Shown piece by piece: positions 38,664 through 51,930 of a stretch of 64,000 bases of DNA. This DNA comes from Octopus vulgaris (taxonomy: Eukaryota): positions 141,794,001 to 141,858,000 of the forward strand of contig OX597816.1 in the NCBI GenBank assembly GCA_951406725.2, given 5' to 3'. A model generated the notes under the pieces. The model was not told the DNA's origin and ran no database searches. It worked only from the letters and a program-made list of their open reading frames with translations. Position numbers and translations under genes: made by a program. Numbering within the stretch: position 1 is the first letter of the stretch; the number at the start of each line of letters is the position of its first letter.

Positions 38664-40047
38664 CTGTAGATGAAATATAATCAAAGAGTTAGATTCTTTG
38701 ATAGGAATCAAAAAAATAGAAAGCCATGAAATCTGCATATGCTATAAATGTAAGATTCTAATGAATACTGATGACTAACAGTCACACAAAGGTATAAATA
38801 TAAAATGAAGCGTGTAGCTGATTGAATCAATCTCAGAGATTGACCTATAATTATTTTATCAACTCCCAAAAGATGAAAACAAAAACTGGTTTGAACAGGA
38901 TCTGAATAGAAAGGAATGTAAATAAATACAAGTCCAGTTACCTGCCATGTTTTTCCACTCCTCTAAGCTTGTCATACTGCATACCAAACATATAATCAAG
39001 ATATATTATCTTTTACTTGTTTCAGTCATTGGACTGCAGCAATGCTGGGGTACCACCTTGAACAAAATAACTCATTTTTAAATCTGTCTTGTACTTATTC
39101 TATCAGACTATTTTACCAAACAACTAAGTTACAGATACATAAACTAACCAACACCAGTTGTTAAATGTTAAGACACACACATAGACACGTGCACATGCAC
39201 ACACACAACAGACTTCTTTCGGTTTCCATCTGCCATATTCACTCACAAGGTTTTGATCAGACCAGAGCTTTAGTATAAGATGCTTGCCAAAGCTACCATG
39301 CAGGGGCACTGAACCTAAGACCTCATAGTTGGGAAGCAAGTTTTTTTAACCACACAACCATGCATGTGTCTATATAACCAAAATGCTGCCATAAACCAAG
39401 ATGCTGCCTCAACTTCAATACAGAAACATACTTAAAGATATACTTCAAAAATTTCAGGGTGTTATTGCTAGTCAACTCTGAAGTAGGAAGAAGAAAAGAG
39501 ATATATTTGACTTAAATGGGTATCTATGATTTATATATCCCCACTTTCTCATGTTCATCTGACTCTACAGTAAGAATCTCCTTACATGAAGAAATAATTT
39601 TAATCCAAGAACATTACACAAATCTGTGTAATAAGTAAAAAGCAAAAAACCAAAACCAAATAAACTATAATATTACCATTCCCATATAAATAATCCTTCA
39701 ATACCTTATCTCAAAATATTGCAAAAGATACCATTTATATTATGAATTAGTCTCATAAGTCAGTGGGCTGGCAGAACCATTAATATGATGGGCTTAGCGG
39801 TATTTCACCTGTCTTTATGTTCTGAGTTCAAATTCTGCAGAGGCTGACTTTGCTTTTCATCCTTTTGGGGTCACAAAAATAAGTGCTAGCTGAGCACTAG
39901 AGTTGATGTAATCAACTTAGCCCCTTCCCCAAAATTGCTGGCCTTGTGCCAAAATTTGAAACCAATATACCCTTGTAAACATTTAGTGTGAGATCTGATT
40001 TATAAAGTAAAATGTTATATGTACTTTTATATATATATATATATATA

Positions 40048-40260
40048 TCTTTTACTCTTTTACTTGTTTCAGTCATTTGACTGTGGCTATGCTGGAGCAC
40101 CATCTTTAGTCGAGCAAATCAAGCCCAGGATTTATTCTTCGTAAGCCTAGTACTTATTCTATTGGTCACTTTTGCCGAACTGCTAAGTTACGGGGACGTA
40201 AACACACCAGCATCGGTTGTCAAGCGATGTTGGGGGGAACAAACACAGACACACAAACAT

Positions 40261-40301
<41 letters not shown>

Positions 40302-40472
40302 CACACACACATATACGACAGGCTTTTTTCAGTTTCCATCTACCAAATCCACTCACAAGGCTTTGGTCGGCCCGAGGCTATAGTAGAAGACACTTGCCCA
40401 AGGTGCCACACAGTGGGACTGAACCCAGAACCATGCGGTTCATAAGCAAACTACTTACCACACAGCCACTCC
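40048..40472 (-). mobile_element. Dominant SINE, best-preserved copy
   Basis: Full module order with CpGs retained (gtcgagc, ttgccgaac, ttggtcggcccgagg). Other copies at ~4690, 10785, 22715, 25750, 29305, 37190, 38205, 39008, 47030, 47778, 48280, 52180 and 59685. Confidence 0.9.
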
Positions 40473-40700
40473 TAAACCTATAATACTGGTATCATGAAAA
40501 AGGTACCAAGAACACTATAAATTAGTTGGCATTAGGAAGGAAGGGCATCCAGCCATAAAAATCCATAACAAATCTAAGACATCAGAGCACAATGTGTAGT
40601 CATGTAACATTTTGGATCCTATCAAACTGTTCAACTTATGTCAGTATGGAAGGTGGATGTAAAATAATGATGATAATATATATACATGCATACATATAAT

Positions 40701-40765
<65 letters not shown>

Positions 40766-40887
40766 TAAAAAGTTAATCCAAACATGAAAACACAAAGAGA
40801 AAACAGAACAATGCGAGGACGTGGAACAAATATAGTATTATTGGACACTCAGGAAGGAAGGGAAGAAGGAGGGTTTTACGTTTCGAG

Positions 40888-40947
<60 letters not shown>

Positions 40948-40982
40948 CATCAAGAGTTACGGAATGGAGTAGGTAAGATCCA

Positions 40983-41066
40983 GGCTACATATGTTTCGTA
41001 GTGAATAGAACCTCAGAAGTGGAAAATATCCAGGTAAGGTGTATACCACAGGCTACTATTCAGGCC
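40983..41066 (-). ncRNA. Type I hammerhead-like motif with long helix II insert and palindromic helix III
   Basis: GGC-CTGAATA-GTAG-(~50 nt)-CTAC-GAAA-CATATG-TA-GCC; single core deviation G8>U. Confidence 0.65.
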
Positions 41067-41131
41067 AAAGATATCTTTGCTGCAAGGAGGTACATCTTAA
41101 TGCATGGAAGATTCAATCAGAATAAGCTTAT

Positions 41132-41164
<33 letters not shown>

Positions 41165-42367
41165 GGAGAGAGTAAAACACTAAAGTGCTCAATACACATT
41201 CTAGAGAATCTTGTAGAATGTTTTGTACATATGTTTTGTATATGTTGTTAGTTCCATACCATGACCTCATGCTGATGTACAGTTATTTGGAAACAGCAAT
41301 ATTCAGCAGAATCTTGGAATAATGAAGAGAACGAAAAGACAAGTTAATTTTCTCTCTGACATCTAGAAATGAAGAGATCAGACTGAATACAATAATTACT
41401 CTACAAATTATAATTAGCAAACTAGAACCATTGTGCAGATGACTTGTAGGATGATTCCTAAGAACATTTTGAAGAGAACAAAAAGTCATGTTGATCTTAA
41501 AGACAGTTGTTTTCAGTTATCTCGACTACTGCTATGAACTATAGTCTCTACAGTATCAAGTTCACTAATGACCTGGAGGCAATCTAACAGACATGCATGA
41601 AGAATATTGATACTATGCAACAGCTGTACTGCTGTAATAGGTTGAAAGAATTAAGATTATTCTCTAGAGTAATGAAGAGAAAGATATGAATCAAGTTATA
41701 GTTCTTGGAAAGATTGGAAGAAAAGTAGAATTAAAAGTTGTGAAACAGCTCAAACTTTTGTTCTCACCTTCACAAGCTAAAACTAGGTTCTGCAATAACT
41801 TAAGTTTCAAAGAACCAAAGTGCTGTAATACCACCAACCCACGTAAGTATAAGTGATCTGTATATAGTTAAATATCGGTTTCAAATTTTGGCACAAACTC
41901 AACAATTTCATGGGAGGGGTAAGTCAATAAGCCAGGAGAGGGTAAGTTGATTATATTGACCATCTGAAAGACTGACAGACAAAGTCGACCCGGGTGGCAT
42001 TCGAAATCAGAACATAAAGTAGGAAGAAATGCTGTTAGCATTTTGTTCAGCTTGCTGCCTTATATAGTAAATATTGACATGCAGTATTCTTTCTTCAAAC
42101 TATTATATTATGAGTCATTTGATATTCTTTTTTGTGATCCTGATGGAAAACTAGTGTCTTCTTGTGTTCTTAATTTTATACCTCTATGTCAGAAATAGAG
42201 TGCAATCAAAACATACAAACTGCCAATGCTCTTGTCTTCCTGATGTTAAAGCTCTTATCTCCAAGTTTTTGCCTTTTGAAATATTATTTCTAGTAAAAGC
42301 ATCTAGCTTGGCCTGATCTCATAACTGTGCTTCAGGTAATATGAGTTTACCAAATACCAAACTAACT

Positions 42368-42511
42368 TTAACCCTTTAGCATCTAAACCAGCTATATCTG
42401 GCCCTAATATTCTACTTGTAATCTCAAAGCTATGAGCTAATGCACAATTAATTTAAAGCAATGTGAATAAATAAGCATTACATTTGAATAATATAAATGT
42501 TAAAGAGTTAA
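42368..42511. mobile_element. piggyBac-type MITE copy
   Basis: TTAA-CCCTTTAGCAT...TGTTAAAGAG-TTAA; internally similar to 2115-2342. Confidence 0.6.
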
Positions 42512-45180
42512 GTGAAAAAACGCCACATTTACAGCAGCTGGTCATCAATGAGAACCTATAATAAAGTGAATGGTATAGCATCAGCAGTTGACTGTCCATC
42601 CAACAAGTTAATGTAAAAAGTAAAGGACTCAGAACACACCAATAAGGTAGTGAATGAAGTGTGTTCAGTGAGTAAAGGTTTTTTATTTAATCAGATAATC
42701 CATTTTGAGACTTGATGTGTGATGTTTGTGTACCAGCACCACTACCTTAGATATGTCAGCAATACACTAATATAAGTTCAGTTGAGCTTTATAGAAAGTC
42801 TGCAACTAATCTAGATTGAAATATTTTCAAGTCCTGAAGATAAAATGAAGACTTTGAGATGCAACTTTGATATGTAGATATGAAAGCTCATCAAAGATTG
42901 CAAAGTATAGCCTTAGTAAAAGTTGTGGAGCTTCTAATTACTGATGAGTAGAGAGTGTGTAATGTTATAGGTGTACACCTTGATATATATGGTGACAGTG
43001 TTTTGGTGTTGTTAACAGAGACCATGTTAATAGTATCCTCATTTGAGAATGATGTGTGGTGATGTGTGCAACATTATTATGGAATGAAAGAATGTATTAT
43101 CTGCATATGAATGTGTTCTACTGGAGAAACCATTAAATGGGTCATTGATGCAGAGAAAGGAAAGCAAAAGATATAAATGAATACAGAAGCAAACTAAAAG
43201 ATACCTCACTACTATCAGCTTCTTTTTGTTAATGAGAGTGTCAGTAAATTAATCATATTTGTTATATCTAACTTGGGGTATATCCTATGGGACAATAAAA
43301 GATTTTCCAAGATTTGGCACTGGCTGACAATAAAAATGGCAGTATGACTGTTTCTATGAGCAGACTGTATTAACAAAAAGAATTAGATCTTACCAATACT
43401 AAAAAGAAATACCCACTTTATTACAGTTTCATCTTTATTATTCTTCAGAGGTGTGTCATGCAGGTATCCACAAAACAGCAAGCTTGACTTAATTAAATAG
43501 AACAATTCTGTAAATCATCTTACCAGTTAGATATTTCAACACCTGAAACATTCTGACAAGAGTCTGTCTTTGACTGGTACTCTTGCTTTCCCTAGTTCAT
43601 TAAAAAAGAGTATTTAGAGGATGTCAAAATTATAATTCAGTGAACAGCCTTTGTTTAGGATGTCTGGCATAATGTCATTGAAACTCTCAGTTCAGTATTT
43701 CAGACTCTATCTTTCAGACTGTGTCTTTGCAGTCAATATGGAGAAAAGACATCAAGATCCAAATACACTATGTTGTAATAAAATTGTCTCAAATAATGAG
43801 TGTAAACTAGTTCATGTAGTTGATGAGCTCCTATCATTACTGGAAGTCTCTCATTTTATAAAGATGGTAAGAGTAAAGTCTTGAACATTTCTTGGTGAGT
43901 GTTATAGATGATCTGGAGCAACCTTGATGTTTACCCACATGAAAGATCAGAATCTCTGAAGAACATACAAACAACTTATCTATGAAAAGCTCTAAGACAA
44001 TTCAAATGTTCTTCTTGATATGGATCTGTGACATTAATTTTTTTCATTTTCAGGTAATATGGTATAGTATGCTTTAACTGTGTTTTATGAAGTATAATAG
44101 CTCATGGAGTTGCTTTAGAATTTCTGTTTTAGCGGGAGACTCATAGCTAGTCTGCTATGCAGTCAAGCTAAAATGTAGTATTTTGGTTCATGCAATAGGC
44201 TGATACATGCAGTATTCTTTCTTCAAACTATTATATTATGAGTCATGCTTTTTTTTTTTTTTTTGATGGCTAAGGAAGCAACCCTATTTTCAAGAACTCC
44301 AAGAGATTAGGGATAGAAATGGAAGAAGGCATGACTTATGAGTTGCTGCTGTGGGAAATAATACTTCAAAATACTGAGATAAACTCAGACAGTGACCAAG
44401 CTCGTAACAGAAAAAACCCACATAAAGGCCCAAAACATCTTCCATAGAATTTCTATTTACTCAATTTCACTTACAAGACTTGAATCAATCTGAGGTTGTA
44501 GTAAAAGGCACTTACCAGAGTGCCATACTGTAGGATTTAGCACAAACTACAAGATTATAAAGCATACTTTGTGACTATGTGACAATGCTAACACCCATTT
44601 GGATCTTATTGTATTTTAAATATTTCAGTAAGTCCCTCTGCTGAAGCAAGAAATAAGAGATCACTGCTGTCCTTTCTCCCAACCACCTTGTGTTAACCCA
44701 AGACATCTGATCTAAAGGAGTGAACATAAGTGACCCTTGCAAGAATTCTTTCCTATTTCTATCAGCAGATATAGAAGCTGTCCTTATTGGTTGTGACATC
44801 AAAGATTTTAAATTAAAAAAGCATTAAACATGGCATGCACATGTATGAGTGTAAAATGAAGTATTAAGTGCGGCATGCACAGTTATGAATGTAAAATGTG
44901 TAGAAACTCAACCCAACAAAGATACCAGCTTCTCCTTCTTGACAATTAATTGATACTCAAAAGCTAAGATATTTAATGTTGGACACACAATCTTCCTCAA
45001 GATTACTTCTATGTAGACATTTCTTTGTCTTTGAGCAACTTTGAGAAGAAATAAGTCACAGGAACATGATCAGATAGCTGTTTTGTTTTCAAACACACAT
45101 TCACACATACAAGTGTTACCCATCATATGACAGATAACTTTGGAAGTATAATTTGGCTACTATGAGTAATTACAGAACAT

Positions 45181-45416
45181 AAGGTGGCGAGTTGGCAGAA
45201 ATGTTAGCACGCCAGGCGAAATGCTTAGCGGTATTTCGTCTGCCGAAACGTTCTGAGTTCAAATTCCACCATGGTTGACTTTGCCTTTCATCCTTTCGGG
45301 GTCGATAAATTAAGCACCAGTTATGCACTGGAGTCGATGTAATTGACTTAATCCCTTTGTCTCTCCTTGTTTGTTCCCTCTATGTTTAGTCCCTTGTGGG
45401 CAATAAAGAAATAAGA
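45181..45416 (+). mobile_element. Second SINE family, plus-strand copy
   Basis: Reverse complement of 6112-6342 (aaggtggcgagttggcagaaatgttagcacgcc...gggcaataaagaaata). Confidence 0.85.
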
Positions 45417-47522
45417 AAATAATTTAACTGCTATCAAATTGCTTGGTGTTTGTACAAAATGATGAAATGAATACTAATTAAAAATTTATGTGTATGTGCA
45501 TGAATATGTGGGAATGTCTATATGCATATCTGTGTGAATGCATATTTGAATATATATGTGTCTGTGAGCATTTGTGTAAGCATGTTTATATATATTTTGT
45601 GCATTGATATTTATACACACAGATTTCTGAGTGTGTCATTCTCACTTTACATAATAAAACCATATTTCTCTGTTTACATTTGATACCAACATATTTACAG
45701 TTATGCTTATTCATCTTTATAAAATTTTATTTTATAGAGACAAATATAAAACATTGTTTTACATTTCAAACTGTTTAGATACCTTTTCAATTGATGATTC
45801 TTGTCTTTGTTACACAATTTTCATTGTTTTACAAATAACTTTTCATATATGATATGCTTTAATTTTTTTCCACAATTCTTTTATAAAAGACTGCTTCGTC
45901 TCCTCTGTCTATCTCTCAACCTATTGCTTTCTCCCACGCTTCCTCTCCCATTTTCTACTTTGTTTTATGCTTATTTCTACTACATTTTTTAATATTTTAT
46001 TACAGTTTGAACTGCTGTGCTTTCATTCCTCTCTCCTTTGTCATTTACTACCCCTCCTCTTCCTTCTCTTTTCCTTTGTCTATGCTATTCTCTCTCATTG
46101 CCTACCACCAAGCCAAGTATGTGCACTCATCCTACACTTCTTATATTAACTCTCTCTGTATCTCTCTTTTGCTTTCTCTCAACCTATCTCTGTACAATGT
46201 AAAGCATGACTGGAGAAATCAATCAACCACTTAACATTTATCTCAGTGATTGTGTGTGTGTGTGTGCATGCAAACATATGTATGCAAACAGAAACCAGCG
46301 CATGCCCACGCGCATGCACACACACAACAGCTTTGAAATAAGAACAGCTAATCCTGAAAACCTCTTTTGAAATCTGCTTCCCTAGTAAGTGAGAATTCCA
46401 TAAATCTATATATAAATATATTAAACTATGTATGTTTTATATGCATGCATGCATGTATGTATGTACATACGTATATACATATTGTGAAGATATAGTGTCA
46501 CCTCATTAATACATGTTCTATTACTCTTCAACTTGTTTTAAAATAATTTTATTTTCGCACACACATAAATTTAGAAGTCCTTTTAACATTTAGGTAATAT
46601 ATAACACTTTTATTTTCATTTGCTACAATTTTGCATTTATATCTTTTTAACTCACTTTGCTATTTTGTTGTGCATATCTTTTGGTAGCCATTATCAAGAG
46701 ACAAGAGTACATAGTACATTCCAGTACATTCCACAAGACTTTATGAATGACATGCCTAACAAAAAATTACCTTGAACTTTTAATTTTTAAAGCATGTGTG
46801 GTTCATTTAATGACGAGCCATGTGCCATGCAGTCCACTTTCCCTCCTTCCACTTGACTTCTAACTCACAATCAGAGAGGGAGGTAACATCATCAAAACCA
46901 AATTTCACAAGGTAGCCACTTGCAGAGATCTGCTCATCTACGGAAGATCAGCCCTCACTATCAGTGCTAAGGCTGGGTACATAGATAACAAACCATGCAA
47001 AAGAGACCTTAGATCACACTGTATATATCTTTTATATTTTGCTTGTTTCAGTCATTGGACTGTAACCATGTTGGGACACCACTTTAAAGGGTTTAGTCAA
47101 AGAAATCAACCCAGGTGTTTATTTTTTGCCAAACCAGTAAATCATGAGGACATAAACAAACAAACACCAGTTGTCAAATGGTGGTGGGTTACAAACATAC
47201 ACCCACACATATGTACATATATACAGACATATATATCACTGCATCAGTGTATTGGCCAGACTATCAGACAGTTGCTATACATGACTGGTCACAATAAGCT
47301 TCCTTACATTGTAACAGCTTTTAAATGAAGCCACCCCACTAGCTAGATAGGCAGGCCAGCATTCCCTATGAATGGAATGCCGGTCTGTCAGAGTTACCCA
47401 TTTACAACTGCATGGATATATAAATATATAGGGTGAGTTTACGAAAAAAAACAAAAGACAAAGACAGGTGGTGTACAAAACAAACAGATGTATTAGCATA
47501 ACGCTCAGGAATAGAAAAAAGT

Positions 47523-47558
47523 CTTTTATGTTTTGAACCTACGTTCTTCTACAGAAAG
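47523..47558 (-). ncRNA. Decayed minimal hammerhead-like motif
   Basis: CTTT-CTGTAGA-A-GAAC-gtag-GTTC-AAAA-CA-TA-AAAG: helices I and II are intact, core has 2-3 substitutions. Confidence 0.4.
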
Positions 47559-47619
47559 GGACACAGAAAAAACAAGGAGAGAAAAAAATGTGTGTAGTGG
47601 CTAGCGATCACTGTGCAAT

Positions 47620-47720
47620 TACTAAAGAAAATAGTCTAATAATGGGGCATATAAGCCTTTGACAGATAACCTTTTATCCATCGAGGGCTTATATGCCCCA
47701 TTATTAGATTATTTTCTTTA

Positions 47721-47723
<3 letters not shown>
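47620..47723. repeat. 50-bp-arm hairpin with 4-nt loop
   Basis: tactaaagaaaatagtctaataatggggcatataagcctttgacagataa-cctt-ttatccatcgagggcttatatgccccattattagattattttctttagta; about 5 mismatches. Confidence 0.9.
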
Positions 47724-47758
<35 letters not shown>

Positions 47759-48236
47759 GTGTGTGTATGTGTGTGCTGACATGGCTGTGCAGTAAGAAGT
47801 TTGCTTCCCAACCACATGGTTCCAGGTTCAGTCCCACTGTGTGGCACCTTGAGCAAGTGTCTTTAACTATAACCTCAGGCCAATCACAGCCTTGTGAATG
47901 GGTTTAGGTGAGAGAAACTGAAAGAAGCCCATTGTGTGTGTGTGTGTTTCTGTCTGAGCTTGTGTCTGAGTTTTGTCCCTCACCACTGCCTAACAACTGG
48001 TATTGGTATGATTACAAACCCACAACTTTACGGTTCAGTAAAAGAAGCCAATAGAAAAAGTACCAGGCTTAATAAAAAAAATAAGTTCTGGGGTCGATTT
48101 ACTCAACTAAATTTCTTCAAGGCAGTGCCCCAGCATGGCCACAGACAAATGACTGACACTAGTAAAAGATAAAACAGTGCCCCAGCATGGCCACAGACAA
48201 ATGACTGACACTAGTAAAAGATAAAAGATATACACA

Positions 48237-48276
<40 letters not shown>

Positions 48277-48738
48277 GGACTTCAACTCAGATTCCATCAA
48301 CCAAATTCACTCATGAGCCATTAGGTGGCCTGGGGCAATAGTAGAAGATACTTGCCTAAGGTGCCGCACCATGGGACTAAAACTGAAATCACACAGTTGC
48401 AAAGAGAGTTTTTTAACCACACAGCCACATATAACATTACAATGAGATAAATATTTTGAAGCATGTTTACAAGTATTATGAAGCATGTTAACAAGATAAT
48501 TAAATAGCTAAGACCTGTAAGTTGTATGATAATAAAAAAAATTGATAGTATAGTGTTTGTGTAGATGCCATGCTGAATTGTGAAATAGCTAACAGGCATA
48601 AGAAAATCTTGTGAAAAACCAACTTCACTGCCAAAATCAATGAAAAATAAGTAGATCAATGAGATAAATCATCTGTAAGTCCTAAATTCTTGACCAATAC
48701 ACCAGTAAAATGAATAACCAGATGTTTGCGAAATCCAC

Positions 48739-49175
48739 TAACCCTTTAGTATTCAGATTGCTCAGTCAAATGTAATTCTTATTATTCACATTGTTTTGAA
48801 TTAACTATACATTATCTCATAGCTTCCAGATTACAATGATGTGATCGTTTATTTTTAGAATGACATTGTAAGGTAGGTGTGACAGGTCAGATCTGGTTGG
48901 TTTGAAATTAAAGCAGGTAGAATATTTGGACTAGACATACCTAGTTCAACCTTTTAGCATTCACATTATTCTATCAAAACTAATGTTTATTTATTCACAT
49001 TGTTTTGAATTTACCATGCAGTCTTTCCAATGATGTCATTGAGGTGATTATATAGTTTTTAAATGACATTGTAGTGGGAGATGAGGAGAGATCTGGTCAA
49101 TTTGGACATAAAACAGGTAGAATATTTGGACCAGATATGGCTAGAGTAAATGTGAAAGGACTAAACACTAAAGGG
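48739..49175. mobile_element. Tandem pair of piggyBac-type MITE copies (opposite orientation to 2115-2342)
   Basis: taaccctttagtattcag... and aaccttttagcattcac...; both contain tattcacattgttttgaatt and caggtagaatatttggac. Confidence 0.6.
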
Positions 49176-51739
49176 CTGAGATATGGTATATAAGGTGCCA
49201 AGAAGGACAGTACACAAACCTTACCAAATCTGACATGACAGACTGATCAGAATGTGGTAAATGGGTTCACTGAAAATTGGAGTAGCTCTACCAAAAGAGA
49301 AAATAACATCCATATCATGCCAACATACATTAAATAGGCAAGCTGATTCAATCACTAGATGCAATGAAGAGTAGGCACACACTCATGTGCAAAAGAAACA
49401 TAGTGCATGTGCATCCATACATACAGCTAGATACATGCACACAATAACATATTTACAAATGTATGAAACTCTTGATTTAAATGAATAAATCTTGTCAGTT
49501 TGTTAATGTCTGGTTTGAATCCTAAGAACTTAAATCTTGAAGAGAAACATATATACATTCATACACAAACTCGCATACACATGTACATGCATATGTATGT
49601 ACATACATACATACATAAACATATATATGAAAGGCAACACATTGCATTATTTGCACTGTGTGGTTATAGATTTGTATCCCCTCTAACAGGAACATATCCA
49701 GTGAGAGATATATACTATTTAATAAACACAATATATATTTTTATGTGTAACTATTAGTTTCATGTGCTGAGAGCATGCCAGTCAGCATTTTTTATACATC
49801 AGCATTTTTTAGCACAATCATCAGACACTGCCCACATAGGATGATAGCAAAAGCAAGAAAATGTGAGAAAGAAGTAGATATAAAAGGTAGATGGGTGAAA
49901 AACCAGAAAATGAAAAAGAATACATCTTTCTCGCCTTTTCTCTCATCTTACCATCTCATTTTTAGTTTGTTATGCCATGTGAGCAGTGCCTGAAGATTGT
50001 GCTAAGATACCAGATGTGTTAAAAATACTGTCTGGCATGCTCTCAGCACATAATATTAATAGTAGCACATAAAAACATAGTGTTTATTAAATAATATATA
50101 TATATTTATAAATTCTAACCATCCTTCAATAATCCTTAAAATATTGTTAATAATATTAGCAACCATATATCCAGCTTGTCCTATGATAAGGAATCCTGTA
50201 ATCATAATATTATTCATTATTATAATAATGCATTAAAACACAGTGACTTCAAAGAATTGTAATGGTGTGTTGGACTCTCTTATCACTTCAACAAAGATTC
50301 AGCTATAAGGAACATTATTATAGAGAGCATGGTTTGTGCAGAGTCAAACCTGCTCTATCACCCTTCAAGCTTGTACTGATCTGGTGCAACAAGTATCACA
50401 AGGATGCAGGATTTGTATGGAGTTACCTTCTCTTAGATGAAGAGCTAAAGAGCTGAAAGGACTCATCTGCTTTGGGTTCATTGGAGTGTCTCTAAATGGC
50501 CATCTGGAGGCAATTCCACGATATTCTAATTAACCCATAGCTGGAACCCTAAGTGGTATATACTACTTCAAATTAGAGTAGATCTGGGAAGAATAGCATT
50601 TAAAAGGTGGTTCTACACACCTCAAAAACCCTGGAACTCCCAAACTAGGGCCTCACTACTTTACGAAACTGAACTCATAAGCATGGAAATGGGGAATAAA
50701 ATATCACAATAAAATCCTCCATATAGTTTAAATATTTGGTCTAATAAGTCCAGGATTTTCTGAAATCTTTTACTTAGGCATTTCCTGGTAATCTATAAAT
50801 ATCATTAGATCTTTAATAGAAATAACATTAAGGTGAGCTACATTTGCACAAAAAACTTCTGTACTTCTATAGATAGTATAGACAGAAGAAAACTTTCCAT
50901 TACAAACTTTCAAATATCCCTTCCTCTTTGTAATTTCAAAAACTGTAATATTTGACCGTTCAATAGCGTGAAGTACTATATATCAAGCTAAGATATCTCT
51001 TGCAAATAACAGTGAAAGAAAAAAAAACTATATGTGGTTTATTGAAAATCCCTTTAAAAAAGATTCTGACATATGTATGCTTTCAAACATTCAGAAAGAT
51101 GTCTTATCACCTCACTAAATATATCTGAAATCTAATGGATAATAACATCAACAATTATAAAATCAATTGGTTTTTATAGAACATACATGCCCAGCAATCA
51201 ATGCTCAGGGAGGTGTGATCTTTTTCTCTCTGAGAAGTGTAAAATCCTATATTTTGCAATATTTAACAAAAGACCGAAATTGTTGAATTATTCAGGCAGA
51301 CACTATTGTTGGCATTTATTGAGGAATTTCCAATTACAAACTGGCTAGAACAGTTTAGTTCCCACCTAATAGATTTTCCATATCCTGAAAGATGGTCACA
51401 TAATAGAAAATAAAACGCATTCATTCACCAACGCAAAAACTTCATTACTAATAGCCATATTCCTTGTTTTAAAGTGTTTTATAGAAGACACAAAGATATT
51501 ATAAATATTTTCATGTGAAAAGATGAATACATCATGTGTTCTGAGTATGACAACTAAACAGCTGAATTTGTGATGCATTTTCTAAGATTTATTATTCATT
51601 AACTTCTTTGCAACAAATCAACTTTCCATGACTAATCATATTTCAGTGTCTTTAGAATAGTTTTATTTATATATTGTGACACAAGTACTCTTCAATTGTG
51701 TAAATCATCAACATCAATCTATAGCATGTAATAAAATAT

Positions 51740-51930
51740 CTTTATGGCATCCGTCAGTCTCAAACAACCATGGATCTGCACCTGAAGAATTTTTTTTCAG
51801 CTGCTGATGGTGATGCAGTATCTGCTGTGGCTGTACAGGCCCACATGGGAGTGGCAGCTTTGCATGCAGTGACTGCATTTGAAAATGCTCCCCATCAGTG
51901 CTGCTGCATTTTTTCTTCGGTAGCAAGTTT
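51740..51930 (-). mobile_element. RTE-clade LINE 3' end
   Basis: IFKCSHCMQSCHSHVGLYSHSRYC...* followed by tccatggttgtttgagactgacggatgcca. Confidence 0.65.
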
